Shown here: positions 25,676 to 35,187 of the stretch, one piece after another
Position numbering within the stretch: position 1 is the stretch's first letter
Layout of the letters: the number at the start of each line of letters is the position of its first letter
From: Promethearchaeota archaeon
GTDB taxonomy: Archaea > Asgardarchaeota > Lokiarchaeia > Sigyniarchaeales > SOKP01
NCBI GenBank assembly: GCA_048941265.1
Contig: JBHLNT010000028.1
Location: 1 to 36,564 of the forward strand
DNA length: 36,564 nucleotides
Direction: 5' to 3'
The notes under the pieces: model-generated
The model's input: only the letters and a program-made list of their open reading frames with translations
What the model was told of the DNA's origin: nothing
Database searches by the model: none
Translations under genes and position numbers: made by a program

Positions 25676-28561
25676 ATGCCCTTACAAGAAATTAATATTA
25701 AGGAACTTACGCCGATGATGCGTCATTGGTTCTCAGTAAAAAAGCAATATCCTGAACATCTACTTGCTTATCGAATGGGAGATTTTTATGAGTTCTTTTA
25801 TGATGATGCTGAACGAGTTTCTAATCTATTAGGGATAACACTAACCAAAAGGAAAATAGGGAATGACTCGTATCCTTTAGCAGGAATTCCTTATCATGCG
25901 GTGCATTATTTAAATAATTTAGTAAATATGGGGCAGACTGTTGTAATAGTTGATCAACTTGAAGATCCCTCGACAGTAAAAGGACGCATAGTTAAACGTG
26001 GAGTAGTTAGAATATTATCTCCTGGAACAATAACTGAGTATGATATGCTACGGCCCCATGAAAATAATTATATTGCCTCGATGGTTAAGGAGAAAAATGG
26101 ATATGGCATTGCTTTAGCTGATTTATCTACCGGGGAATTTTTTGCTACTGAATTTGCTTCAAGAGAAGAAGATCCTTTAGAAAAATTACTTAGTTTATTT
26201 TCTCAATTTGATCCAGTTGAATTAATTATTCCTTCAGAAATCAAGCGGGACGAAAGGTTATTTCTCCTTATAACAGATTTAACAGCGGCAATTATAAAAA
26301 ACTATAACGATTATGTGTTTAATCATGATGAGGCTTATAGCTTAATTACTCGTCATTTTAAAATTTCGAACTTAAAAAGTTTTGACTTAGAAGATTCAGA
26401 AATGGCAGTGCAAGCAGCAGGAGGATTACTTGCGTTTTTAAAGGAAACTCAAAGGGATATCATTCCTAACATTTTTAAAATAAATCTGCTAAAAGAAGAG
26501 AATAAATTACATTTAGATTATATCACTCAACGAAATCTGGAATTAGTTACATCGTTATGGGAAAAGGGTAAAGATGTAACCTTATATTCCATTTTTAACT
26601 ACACTCATACCCCAATGGGAGCTCGTTTATTAAAAAAGTTTATTTTACAACCATTAATTAACATTGAAGAGATCAATGAACGTCTTAATATTGTCCAAAA
26701 ATTTAAAGATGATATTTTTCTTAGGTCTGATTTAAGGGAAGAATTAAAAATTGTTGGAGATCTTGAGAGATTCATTAATCGAGTGAATTATTCTAAGAGA
26801 ACTAACGCACGTGATTTGTTAAATATTAAAAACTCCTTAGAAAAAATTCCTAAAATCAAAGAATTATTACAAAAAGCTGATATTCCAGAAATATCTAGAT
26901 TTGTAGAAAAAATTAATCCTTTTGATGATGTTAGAAAATTAATAGAAAATTCCATCAAGGAAGACCCTTCTCAAAATATTACAGAAGGTAATATCATTAA
27001 GGATAAATATAATGATAGAGTTGATGAGTTAAGAGATCTCATAAACAATGGAAAAAAATATGTCTTAGCATATGAAGAGCAACAAAAGAAAAGATGGAAT
27101 TTAACTTCAGGATTAAAGATTGGACATAATAACATTCTTGGCTATTATATCCAGATTACCCACAGAACTCTTCAATTAATTCCAACTATACCAGAAGATT
27201 ATATTGAAAGATCAACTTTGAAAAATGCTAAGAGATTTACCACCGCAAAATTGAAGGAACTAGAGGAAAAAATCCTAACTGCTGAAGAAAAAATTAATGA
27301 CTTAGAATATGAGATTTTTTGTGAGGTTAGAGATAAGGTTGTTCAAGAGACTGTCAATATTTTAGAAACCGCTAGAAACATAGCCGTTATTGATGTTTTA
27401 GCTTGTTTTGCCGAAATTTCTGAAAAAAATAATTATTGCCGTCCTATTATTAATGATGAAAATAAAATTATTATAAAAGAAGGGCGCCATCCTGTTGTTG
27501 AGCAAATAAATATTACAGAGAAATTTATTCCCAATGATTGCTATTTAGATCCTGAAAGTGACCAACTTTTAATAATCACTGGACCAAATATGGCCGGTAA
27601 AAGTACGTATTTAAGACAAGTCGCATTAATTTGTATAATTGCCCAAATGGGATGCTTTGTTCCCGCGAAATCTGCCACTCTTGGTATAATAGATCATATT
27701 TTTACGCGTATTGGTGCTTCAGACGATCTTGCGCGAAAATTGAGCACTTTTATGATTGAAATGACCGAAACCGCTAAAATTTTAAATTATGCCACTCCTA
27801 AAAGCTTAATAATTATCGATGAGCTGGGTCGAGGGACAAGTACTAGTGATGGGCAGAGCATTGCGATGGCCACTTTAGAAAAGCTTCATGAGTTAAAAAC
27901 AAAAACGCTTTTTAGTACCCACTATCATCAACTTACGGAGATTAATTTGCCTCGAGTGAAAAACTATCACCTTGATATTATTGAGAATGATGATGGGAGC
28001 ATTAATTTCGTAAGGAAACTTAAAGAAGGCTGTACTGATAAATCTTATGGCATTCATGTGGCAAAATTAGCGGGAATACCAGATGATGTAATTATAAGAG
28101 CATTTGAAATTTTAGAACAGATTGAAGCACAAGATCCGTTCAAAGCAGCCGTGCGGGAAAATGGTAATGGGGCGAACTCCGGAAAAATTTATAATAAAAT
28201 GATAAATGGAAAGAAAAAGGAACTTGAAAACCTGAACTCTGAAATAAAAAGTCTCAAAGAAGAACTTAGCAGATGCGATGAAGACTTAAATCAAAAACAA
28301 AAAGAATTGTATATAAAAAGTGGAGAAATATCCGAATTAAAAGAAAAACTTGAGAAACCTCAAGTATTACCTCCTAAGAAAAAAAAATATGTACAAACAA
28401 CATTTTTTAAACCTGTTATCACGAAGGAGATTGGTTTAGATGAAGAATTAGAAAAATTATTAGATATAATAAAAGAAATTGATATTAATTCCATAACTCC
28501 CATTGACGCAATGAAAAAATTGAGCGAAATTAAGCAAAAGTTACACGAATTAAACTCATGA
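25676..28561 (+). CDS. mutS: DNA mismatch repair protein MutS (MutS1)
   Basis: TPMM, RMGDFYEFF mismatch-binding motif, GRHPVVE, TGPNMAGKST, STFMIEM, IIDELGRGTS, STHYH, SYGIHVAKLAG, ITPIDA. ATG 25676 preferred (track TTG 25646). Confidence 0.96.
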   Translation: MPLQEINIKELTPMMRHWFSVKKQYPEHLLAYRMGDFYEFFYDDAERVSNLLGITLTKRKIGNDSYPLAGIPYHAVHYLNNLVNMGQTVVIVDQLEDPSTVKGRIVKRGVVRILSPGTITEYDMLRPHENNYIASMVKEKNGYGIALADLSTGEFFATEFASREEDPLEKLLSLFSQFDPVELIIPSEIKRDERLFLLITDLTAAIIKNYNDYVFNHDEAYSLITRHFKISNLKSFDLEDSEMAVQAAGGLLAFLKETQRDIIPNIFKINLLKEENKLHLDYITQRNLELVTSLWEKGKDVTLYSIFNYTHTPMGARLLKKFILQPLINIEEINERLNIVQKFKDDIFLRSDLREELKIVGDLERFINRVNYSKRTNARDLLNIKNSLEKIPKIKELLQKADIPEISRFVEKINPFDDVRKLIENSIKEDPSQNITEGNIIKDKYNDRVDELRDLINNGKKYVLAYEEQQKKRWNLTSGLKIGHNNILGYYIQITHRTLQLIPTIPEDYIERSTLKNAKRFTTAKLKELEEKILTAEEKINDLEYEIFCEVRDKVVQETVNILETARNIAVIDVLACFAEISEKNNYCRPIINDENKIIIKEGRHPVVEQINITEKFIPNDCYLDPESDQLLIITGPNMAGKSTYLRQVALICIIAQMGCFVPAKSATLGIIDHIFTRIGASDDLARKLSTFMIEMTETAKILNYATPKSLIIIDELGRGTSTSDGQSIAMATLEKLHELKTKTLFSTHYHQLTEINLPRVKNYHLDIIENDDGSINFVRKLKEGCTDKSYGIHVAKLAGIPDDVIIRAFEILEQIEAQDPFKAAVRENGNGANSGKIYNKMINGKKKELENLNSEIKSLKEELSRCDEDLNQKQKELYIKSGEISELKEKLEKPQVLPPKKKKYVQTTFFKPVITKEIGLDEELEKLLDIIKEIDINSITPIDAMKKLSEIKQKLHELNS

Positions 28562-29464
28562 GAGAACAATAGGAATTACAAACACGATTAACGTGAGATA
28601 AATATAATAACTTATTAAAATTGGAAGTATACAAAAATTGAATTGTTTCTTTCTTTTCTCACTATTGAGATTCTCGATAAATATTAATAAAAATAAAGAG
28701 ATTATCATTAAGTGTGACGGTTGAAGTGCTTTCCAAAAAATGGAATCAAATATAGTAATTCCATGAACATATTCATCAGAATGGAACCAATTTCCCACCA
28801 TTTGCATAAAATAGTTAGGAAAGATAATATAGGGGATGCAAATAAGAAAGAAAGGAATTAAATAGTATTTGAGGTCTTTAATACTAATTTTTTTAGTGAT
28901 ATATAATAATGGGAGTAAGATTATGGCATTAATTTTGAAAGTAGCTAACACAAAAAAGATCCCTGAAAGCCACTTTTTATCATGCTCTAATGAGTGATAA
29001 GATATGAAAAGAAAAAAGGTAACTAAAAAATTGCAATTATTATAAAACGCATCTAGACCATAGCTAATTGAACTTAAAACATAAAAAACAAATAAATCAG
29101 TTTGACTTTTGAATATTTTTGGCGCTTCATTTACAATATATATACCAATTAGTAATCGTAGAATATCCCAAATAACAACTCCGATATTAACTGGAATTAG
29201 ATACATTGGATAAAAGATAAAGTACCAAAAATAGAGATAATAAGGGGGCCAATCAGACCCCTTGACTGGATCATAAAAATTAACCAAACCATTATCCATT
29301 CCCCTTATTAGCAAATAATAATCATAGTCTTTAGCCGTCTCAATTATTTGAGGAAAGGTAAATAAAGAAAATAGTATTCTGAATGTTATGAGAGTAATGG
29401 TAATTACAATAAAAATGCATATAAACATTTGATGAAATGGATATTCATTCTCGTTTAAACTCAT
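28556..29464 (-). CDS. GT-C-fold membrane glycosyltransferase, GT87/DUF2029-like
   Basis: Multi-TM protein; KDYD in the first loop; Y...WPPYYLYF; NCN; GIFFVLATFKI. Confidence 0.65.
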   Translation of the reverse strand: MSLNENEYPFHQMFICIFIVITITLITFRILFSLFTFPQIIETAKDYDYYLLIRGMDNGLVNFYDPVKGSDWPPYYLYFWYFIFYPMYLIPVNIGVVIWDILRLLIGIYIVNEAPKIFKSQTDLFVFYVLSSISYGLDAFYNNCNFLVTFFLFISYHSLEHDKKWLSGIFFVLATFKINAIILLPLLYITKKISIKDLKYYLIPFFLICIPYIIFPNYFMQMVGNWFHSDEYVHGITIFDSIFWKALQPSHLMIISLFLLIFIENLNSEKRKKQFNFCILPILISYYIYLTLIVFVIPIVLS

Positions 29465-29702
29465 TACTAATCAATTTATTATAATTAGAAAAATAATATT
29501 GAAGTTAACCTATAAAAGAATTTTTTTATTTTAAATTAAATTAAAAATTAGAGTAAGATAAAAGACCTAAATTTTCCTAATTATGTAAGAAATTTGGAAA
29601 ATTTATTTTATCCTTAATAGAGTATTCATTTAAATTTGAGTTCATCATTATGATTTATAACTTTTAAAAAATTAAATTGTTCATTTAAATCGTAATTAGT
29701 AA

Positions 29703-31604
29703 TTGAGAAATTTGAAAAGAAGAAAGATTAAAAAAATTAAAGACGCGGAAAAAATAGCTGCAGGCGAAGTAGTTGAGAGACCGTCAAACGTAGTAAAGGA
29801 ATTAATTGAGAATAGTATTGATGCGGGAGCGAATGAAATTAGAGTAATAGTTAAACAAGCAGGTAAATCATTAATTCAAGTGATAGATGATGGGGTCGGT
29901 ATCCCTTCAGATGAGATTGAATTCGCATTTGAAAGACATACTAGCAGTAAACTAAGAGGTATAGAAGATTTAGATACTTTATCCACTCTAGGATTTAGGG
30001 GTGAGGCTTTAGCGAGTATTACTGCTGTAAGTCAGGTAGAAATTATTTCTAGAACCGAAACCGAAGGGAATGGCGTTCAATTGCGTATTGAAGGTGGAAA
30101 GCTGGTCGAAAAGAAGGAAATTTCCTGTCCTATTGGGACCAATATTAAAGTTAAAAACTTGTTCTATAATATTCCTGCCAGACAGAAGTTCCTTAAATCA
30201 GATTCGACGGAATTAGGACATATCACCGATATCATGCAAAGGTACGCATTGGCTTATCCTGATATTCATTTTATTTATAGACATAATGATTTGGATATTC
30301 TTAATTGCCCTGTCAATGATTTAAAAACTACGGTGTTTCATATTTATGGAAAGTTAAGTGCTAAATTTATGGAACCTATTAATTATACGGAGCAAGATAA
30401 TTATTTTAAAATATATGGGTTGTTAGGGCATCCGGAGATTTCTAAAAAAAATAAAAATTATTCAAGTTTATTTATCAACCGTCGATATGTGATTAGCGAT
30501 CTTTTACATAGGGCAATTCAAGAAGCCTATAAAGGCACATTGATGATTGGAAAAAATCCTTTCTTTATACTGCATATTGAATTAGATCCCTCCGCAATAG
30601 ATTTTAATGTCCACCCTAAAAAACTTTATATTCGATTTGAAAACGAGGATTATATTTATAACAAAGTGTATAATGTTATTCGAGATTTTATTGAAGAAAC
30701 ATTTATTAAAAAGGAAGCAAAATATATTTCTACTGAAATTAGCGACTTTATTCCTAAAAGAGAAGATATTTCACTAAAGGATGACAACAATGAAGCAAAA
30801 GTATCGATTAAATCTGCCGGAATAATCCAAGAAACTGTCGATGCAAAGGAAATAAGTAAAGAAATTTCAGATACTAAAGATAATTTGATAATTGAATCAG
30901 TTCAGTTACCATTAACAGAGATTACTGAAAAGGGATCTCCTAAAAAACAAATGCCTGAAACTTATATAAGGGATAAATATATAGTAGCTAAAAATTTTCC
31001 TAAAGTCCGTCTTATCCCTTATACTGGTCAGTTGAGTAATAAAATTTATGTTGTTTTAGAGGGCATGAATCAAGATGGAGAAGAAGGATTATATATTTTA
31101 GATCAACATGCGGCGTCTGAACGTATTACCAAAGAATATTTTTTGAAAATGTATGAATCTTCAAAAAGCAGTAAACAACAATTAATTTCTCCACTAAAGC
31201 TTGAGGTAAATCCATCTGAAAAATTCTTCTTAGAAGAAAATTTAAAGGAAATCAATAAACTTGGATTTACTTTCGAACATTTTGGGGGTAATACCTTCAT
31301 ATTAAGAGAAATTCCTACCATCATAGGAAAAATTCCTGATGTTAAAATAATCAATGAAATTATCTCAGATATTACAGAAATCGGAAAAGAGAAAAGCTTT
31401 TCTGAAATAAAAGAAGAGATCATCAACTATTTAGCATGTCATAAAAGCATCCGAGGGGGTGATGAATTAACCTTAAAGGATATAAGAAATCTATTAATTG
31501 AATTAACAAATTGTAAGGATCCTTTCCATTGTGCTCATGGTAGGCCCACTCTGAAATTTATCTCATTTAAAGAGTTAGACAAACTATTTAAAAGAACAGG
31601 CTAA
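29703..31604 (+). CDS. mutL: DNA mismatch repair endonuclease MutL
   Basis: IAAGEVVERP, ELIENSIDAG, RHTSSK, LGFRGEAL, DFNVHPKK; endonuclease motifs DQHAASERITKE, ACH, CAHGRP. Confidence 0.96.
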   Translation: MRNLKRRKIKKIKDAEKIAAGEVVERPSNVVKELIENSIDAGANEIRVIVKQAGKSLIQVIDDGVGIPSDEIEFAFERHTSSKLRGIEDLDTLSTLGFRGEALASITAVSQVEIISRTETEGNGVQLRIEGGKLVEKKEISCPIGTNIKVKNLFYNIPARQKFLKSDSTELGHITDIMQRYALAYPDIHFIYRHNDLDILNCPVNDLKTTVFHIYGKLSAKFMEPINYTEQDNYFKIYGLLGHPEISKKNKNYSSLFINRRYVISDLLHRAIQEAYKGTLMIGKNPFFILHIELDPSAIDFNVHPKKLYIRFENEDYIYNKVYNVIRDFIEETFIKKEAKYISTEISDFIPKREDISLKDDNNEAKVSIKSAGIIQETVDAKEISKEISDTKDNLIIESVQLPLTEITEKGSPKKQMPETYIRDKYIVAKNFPKVRLIPYTGQLSNKIYVVLEGMNQDGEEGLYILDQHAASERITKEYFLKMYESSKSSKQQLISPLKLEVNPSEKFFLEENLKEINKLGFTFEHFGGNTFILREIPTIIGKIPDVKIINEIISDITEIGKEKSFSEIKEEIINYLACHKSIRGGDELTLKDIRNLLIELTNCKDPFHCAHGRPTLKFISFKELDKLFKRTG

Positions 31605-31614
31605 TTTTTTTTTT
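31605..31614 (+). terminator. Putative oligo-T terminator of mutL
   Basis: T10 run immediately after the TAA stop. Confidence 0.45.
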
Positions 31615-31696
31615 AAAATACTCCTTAAATCAAAATATAAATATAAGTATTTAATCTAGTTAAGTACAAGAAATTATTTCCATCTTACAATTAAAA

Positions 31697-32194
31697 ATGA
31701 GAAAGAAAGATAAAAAATCGAAGAGAAAATCTCAAGAAGAAGAGCAACGCAGTGAGAGTTTTATGATAAAGGATTATAAAATAAAACTACTCTCCAAGGT
31801 TGATGAGTTGAAATTTAATGCTCAAAAAAGTTGGATGGAAGGAAATCTGGATGATGCTATTTATAATGCAGAACAGATAATAAGATTGGCAATTATGGCC
31901 GATATGCCCTCTTACATAAAGGAGCAAGAGGAATTCATAAATTTAATCGCAAAAGAAGTTCAAAAAGATTATTTAATTTCTGAGATTCAAAAAACAAGTA
32001 AATCATTACACGAGATGTATGATACATTAGTAGCTTCTAATCAAGCATCTCAAGCTCATGAGATTGTGAAAAGCTTCGTAAAAAGGTATCAAGACATGCC
32101 CTTTTTTAATTCAATTCCATCAGTAAAAGATCTTATCACAAAAGATAAAAGAGTATGGATAGAACATATTTCAAGTCTTCAAAACGAACGATAA
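31697..32194 (+). CDS. Hypothetical all-helical protein (TPR-like hairpin)
   Basis: 165-aa ORF with basic N-terminus; amphipathic helices; GNLDDAIYNAEQII resembles a TPR hairpin. Confidence 0.65.
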   Translation: MRKKDKKSKRKSQEEEQRSESFMIKDYKIKLLSKVDELKFNAQKSWMEGNLDDAIYNAEQIIRLAIMADMPSYIKEQEEFINLIAKEVQKDYLISEIQKTSKSLHEMYDTLVASNQASQAHEIVKSFVKRYQDMPFFNSIPSVKDLITKDKRVWIEHISSLQNER

Positions 32195-32253
32195 TCAATT
32201 CAATAAAAAGAGAGCGGTAGATTTATAAAAAGCAAAGATAAATTTTTATTTTT

Positions 32254-32523
32254 TCATGCTTTTGAAAAAGCTATGGCTTCGATTCCTTGAACACCATCTA
32301 ATTGCTTAAGCATTTCCTCGACGTTATCCGTTCCCCCCCAATCTGCGGGATATCTTACCCTGATTCTTGCCTTTTTCAGTCCAAAAGCTACTGGCATGAT
32401 GTCATGAGCTTCTAATGTACATTCTTCTGAAAGGACTCCTTTAATTTTTTCAATAAACTTAACAAAATCTACATCAGTGTCTTCAGGAATTACATCGATT
32501 AATGCTATAAATTCATCTCCCAT
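32254..32523 (-). CDS. ef1B: Archaeal translation elongation factor 1-beta
   Basis: VIPEDTDVD, PVAFGLK, GGTDNVEE..L..GVQ. ATG 32523 preferred, because the track's GTG 32544 falls inside the upstream Zn-finger gene. Confidence 0.92.
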   Translation of the reverse strand: MGDEFIALIDVIPEDTDVDFVKFIEKIKGVLSEECTLEAHDIMPVAFGLKKARIRVRYPADWGGTDNVEEMLKQLDGVQGIEAIAFSKA

Positions 32524-32524
32524 A

Positions 32525-32701
32525 TTATGGCCCCTCAAATTCACATTTTAAACATTTATATGTCTTTCCCATAGCTCGGCATCGTTCACATCTCCATATT
32601 TCCACATCTCCACACTGGGGGCAAGGAAAATGGACCGCATTTTCGTATGGTGCTACGGGTCTTCCACATGAAAAACACACATTCTTTTTAAATGTTGACA
32701 T
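32525..32701 (-). CDS. Small archaeal Zn-finger protein (HVO_2753/DUF1610-like), 58 aa
   Basis: Read by hand: MSTFKKNVCFSCGRPVAPYENAVHFPCPQCGDVEIWRCERCRAMGKTYKCLKCEFEGP. Four CxxC motifs, ends FEGP, lies 1 nt upstream of aEF-1beta, which is the usual archaeal synteny. Confidence 0.92.
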   Translation of the reverse strand: MSTFKKNVCFSCGRPVAPYENAVHFPCPQCGDVEIWRCERCRAMGKTYKCLKCEFEGP

Positions 32702-32901
32702 AATTACCCAAAAAAATATGTGATAGAATTAATTATTTTTGGTTTTAAAGTTCGAATAAATTAAACTATATTCAAATAAATTAAACTTTAAATTATAAAT
32801 CAACATAAAATATATATAGAAATATAATTAGATTATCTAATATATTATTAAAGTTGCGTACATCTTAATTATCACCTCGCATGAGAGGTTAGAAAGAATA
32901 T

Positions 32902-33435
32902 ATGCCAGAAAATAAAGTGAAAAAATATTTCCGACTTGTTGAAGTATGGGCTTGGTGCGACATTTGTCAGGATATGGTTGCATTAAGCGTTGATAAAGAT
33001 GAAATTTACAATGGCCTTGAGATGGGTATTTATACGAAAGAGTTCAAACATAGGAATCCACGTCCGGATATGGAAGATACCGATGATTTATCCGGCGATG
33101 AGCATACAATTTATGTCTATATTGATGATAAATATGATGTGACAGGAGTTAAATCTTTTTTTGGAGATTCTCCAACCATAGAATCCTTAGAGGAGGCTGC
33201 AGCAGCATCAGGAGCTACGGAAGTAAGAATACCAATTATTATCAAAGACGTTCCCCCAACAAGCGTTCATTTAGGTATGATTACTGCCGAAGAATATAAG
33301 GTCCTAAAAATATGTGACGGGATGAATACTCTTGAACAAGTTGCCCAAATTGCGGGAAAAAAATTAGAAGATGTTGAAAAAATGATGGAAAAACTCCATA
33401 AAAAAGGCTTAGTTGATGTTATTAAAAGAGTTTAG
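32902..33435 (+). CDS. Hypothetical protein: putative Zn-binding N-domain plus C-terminal winged helix-turn-helix
   Basis: WCDIC with distal His residues (FKH, DEHTIYVYID); C-terminal EEYKVLKICDGMNTLEQVAQIAG...MEKLHKKGLV. Confidence 0.7.
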   Translation: MPENKVKKYFRLVEVWAWCDICQDMVALSVDKDEIYNGLEMGIYTKEFKHRNPRPDMEDTDDLSGDEHTIYVYIDDKYDVTGVKSFFGDSPTIESLEEAAAASGATEVRIPIIIKDVPPTSVHLGMITAEEYKVLKICDGMNTLEQVAQIAGKKLEDVEKMMEKLHKKGLVDVIKRV

Positions 33436-33570
33436 TAATGTTATTTTCACATTTTGAAACATTTTTATTATCCTTTAATTTATATAGTTAAGTTGATTTT
33501 TCAAAAAAATATATATAAATAAAGATTTAATAGTATGAATTAAGAAATCAATTCATTTGGATGATGAATA

Positions 33571-34044
33571 ATGGCAGAAAATTTTGAATTTAACCTCGGA
33601 AATTTAAAAATTGAGCAGTTAAGTTATGTGTATAAGGACATTAAAAAACAAGCCAAAATTATGGAGGAATTATACGGCATTCCTACTTTCGCGCAAATGG
33701 AAAATATAGTGCATCAAGATGCCACATTTCGCGGTAAACCTGTAGAAATAACGTTAGATTATGCGATGAGCCGATTAATGAATGTACAAATCGAACTACA
33801 GCAATGGAAAAGCGGAGAATGCTGCTTTAAGGAATTTATCGAGCAGGGAAAAGAAGGACTTCACAGCATAGGATTGTATGTAGATGATTTAGACTCCTAT
33901 GTTGCAGAATTTAAAAAAAGGGGTATAAATGTATTACAAACTGGACAAGTTGGCAAGCAAAAGTTTGTGTATTTGGATACTGAAAAGACCTTCGGAATTC
34001 TTCTTGAAATTTCGACTACAGTGAAGCGACGTAAAAAAAAATAA
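33571..34044 (+). CDS. VOC-family protein (methylmalonyl-CoA epimerase-like)
   Basis: IEQLSYVYKDI, QIELQQ, GKEGLHSIG, FVYLDT...GILLE. Confidence 0.85.
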   Translation: MAENFEFNLGNLKIEQLSYVYKDIKKQAKIMEELYGIPTFAQMENIVHQDATFRGKPVEITLDYAMSRLMNVQIELQQWKSGECCFKEFIEQGKEGLHSIGLYVDDLDSYVAEFKKRGINVLQTGQVGKQKFVYLDTEKTFGILLEISTTVKRRKKK

Positions 34045-34150
34045 TAAGCTAATGACTTAAATTCATATGTAATGCTAAAGAAAAGTAAATTTATTTAAAA
34101 TGATAGCTTTTTTCCTTTTTTTTATATAAAATTGATTAGATTTTTACTTT

Positions 34151-35053
34151 TTATCCTATTAAAATCTCATTCTCTTGGTCCCAAGGTGCCAGTTTGGGCA
34201 TGTTCCATTTGTCAGCCAAATATTTTATTAAAAACATCAACATTAGCCCGGTTAAAATTGAAAGACCTCCTGATAGAACTATCGCCGCATTTACAATAGC
34301 CTCATCTGTGCCCGACGGTATATTAAAAATAAGTAAATTCAAGGTAGAATTCCAGATAAAGTGGCTAATCCAGCTGGGCCAGAGGCTGTTGGTTTTGTAG
34401 TACATGTATCCCCATATTTGCCCCAATAAAAACGGCGCGCCGAAATTTATAGAAATCGCATTGAAAACAGCCTGCATTAAGGTCATCTGACCAGTAATAT
34501 AATATTTTAAAGGCCACCTTAAATGCCATGCTCCAAAAAGCGCGGCTTGTAAGAAATTGGCCTTCCAAAAATCCATTCTTGTTAAAAATTTACGGGTCAT
34601 TAATCCCCTAAAGAGCCCTTCCTCCATGCAGCAATTAATCACATTCCCAAATACTAGCCACAAACCAAATAAAACACCGCCTTCTACTCCCGCCTTAGGA
34701 TCGTTCGGTGAAAAAATAATCTCCACTTTCACATTAGACCCAATTAGAACCAGAAATCCAGCTGTGAAATAGATCGCCATCATTATGGTACTTACAAAGG
34801 CTCCCATAAATAATGCCTGAAAAATCATAGTTTTATGAAGTCCGATGGCCGCGACACTCCTCTGAACCGACCAGAGATATATCAAAATAATGAAAAAACC
34901 CAAAGCTTTGGATATAATGATCTCACCCCATAACTCGTCGATGCGAAGTATAAAAATGTCAATTAAGCTAAGGATAACGCAAATGAGCGTAATTAGGGAC
35001 AGAACCGCGAATGGATGCCTGCCGGCAAATGTCCGCCACTTTTCCATAATCAT
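34151..35053 (-). CDS. CPBP-family (Rce1/Abi-like) intramembrane glutamic endopeptidase
   Basis: Motif 1 MEEGLFRG, motif 2 LFGAWH, motif 4 SHFIWN; about 8 TM helices. Confidence 0.9.
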   Translation of the reverse strand: MIMEKWRTFAGRHPFAVLSLITLICVILSLIDIFILRIDELWGEIIISKALGFFIILIYLWSVQRSVAAIGLHKTMIFQALFMGAFVSTIMMAIYFTAGFLVLIGSNVKVEIIFSPNDPKAGVEGGVLFGLWLVFGNVINCCMEEGLFRGLMTRKFLTRMDFWKANFLQAALFGAWHLRWPLKYYITGQMTLMQAVFNAISINFGAPFLLGQIWGYMYYKTNSLWPSWISHFIWNSTLNLLIFNIPSGTDEAIVNAAIVLSGGLSILTGLMLMFLIKYLADKWNMPKLAPWDQENEILIG

Positions 35054-35187
35054 ACCTCTAGCATGCTTTTTTAATATAAGTTCGCTTTTTCGGATGGTTT
35101 TTTTCGGAAAAAAAAGCGGGATAGTTTTTTATATTTGATCAACATAACTTAAAATAATTCGAAATTTGATCTAAAACAGGTGTGAAA

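Noticed and set aside
19157-32523. Selenocysteine read-through at TGA stops (porB, porD, mutS, GT87, EF-1beta)
   Set aside because: Each TGA falls at the expected protein end, with no evident homology continuing beyond it.
34024-34044. NLS-like basic C-termini (KRRKKK; also RIO2 and the acidic protein)
   Set aside because: Lys-rich tails are expected from A-rich codon bias in this genome.
172-35138. Short alternative-frame and antisense ORFs in the track (e.g. 172..363, 950..1141, 3185..3391, 9081..9359, 10586..10813, 16979..17380, 31103..31426, 34890..35138)
   Set aside because: They lie wholly or largely within confidently assigned genes and have no motifs; they are typical shadow ORFs.
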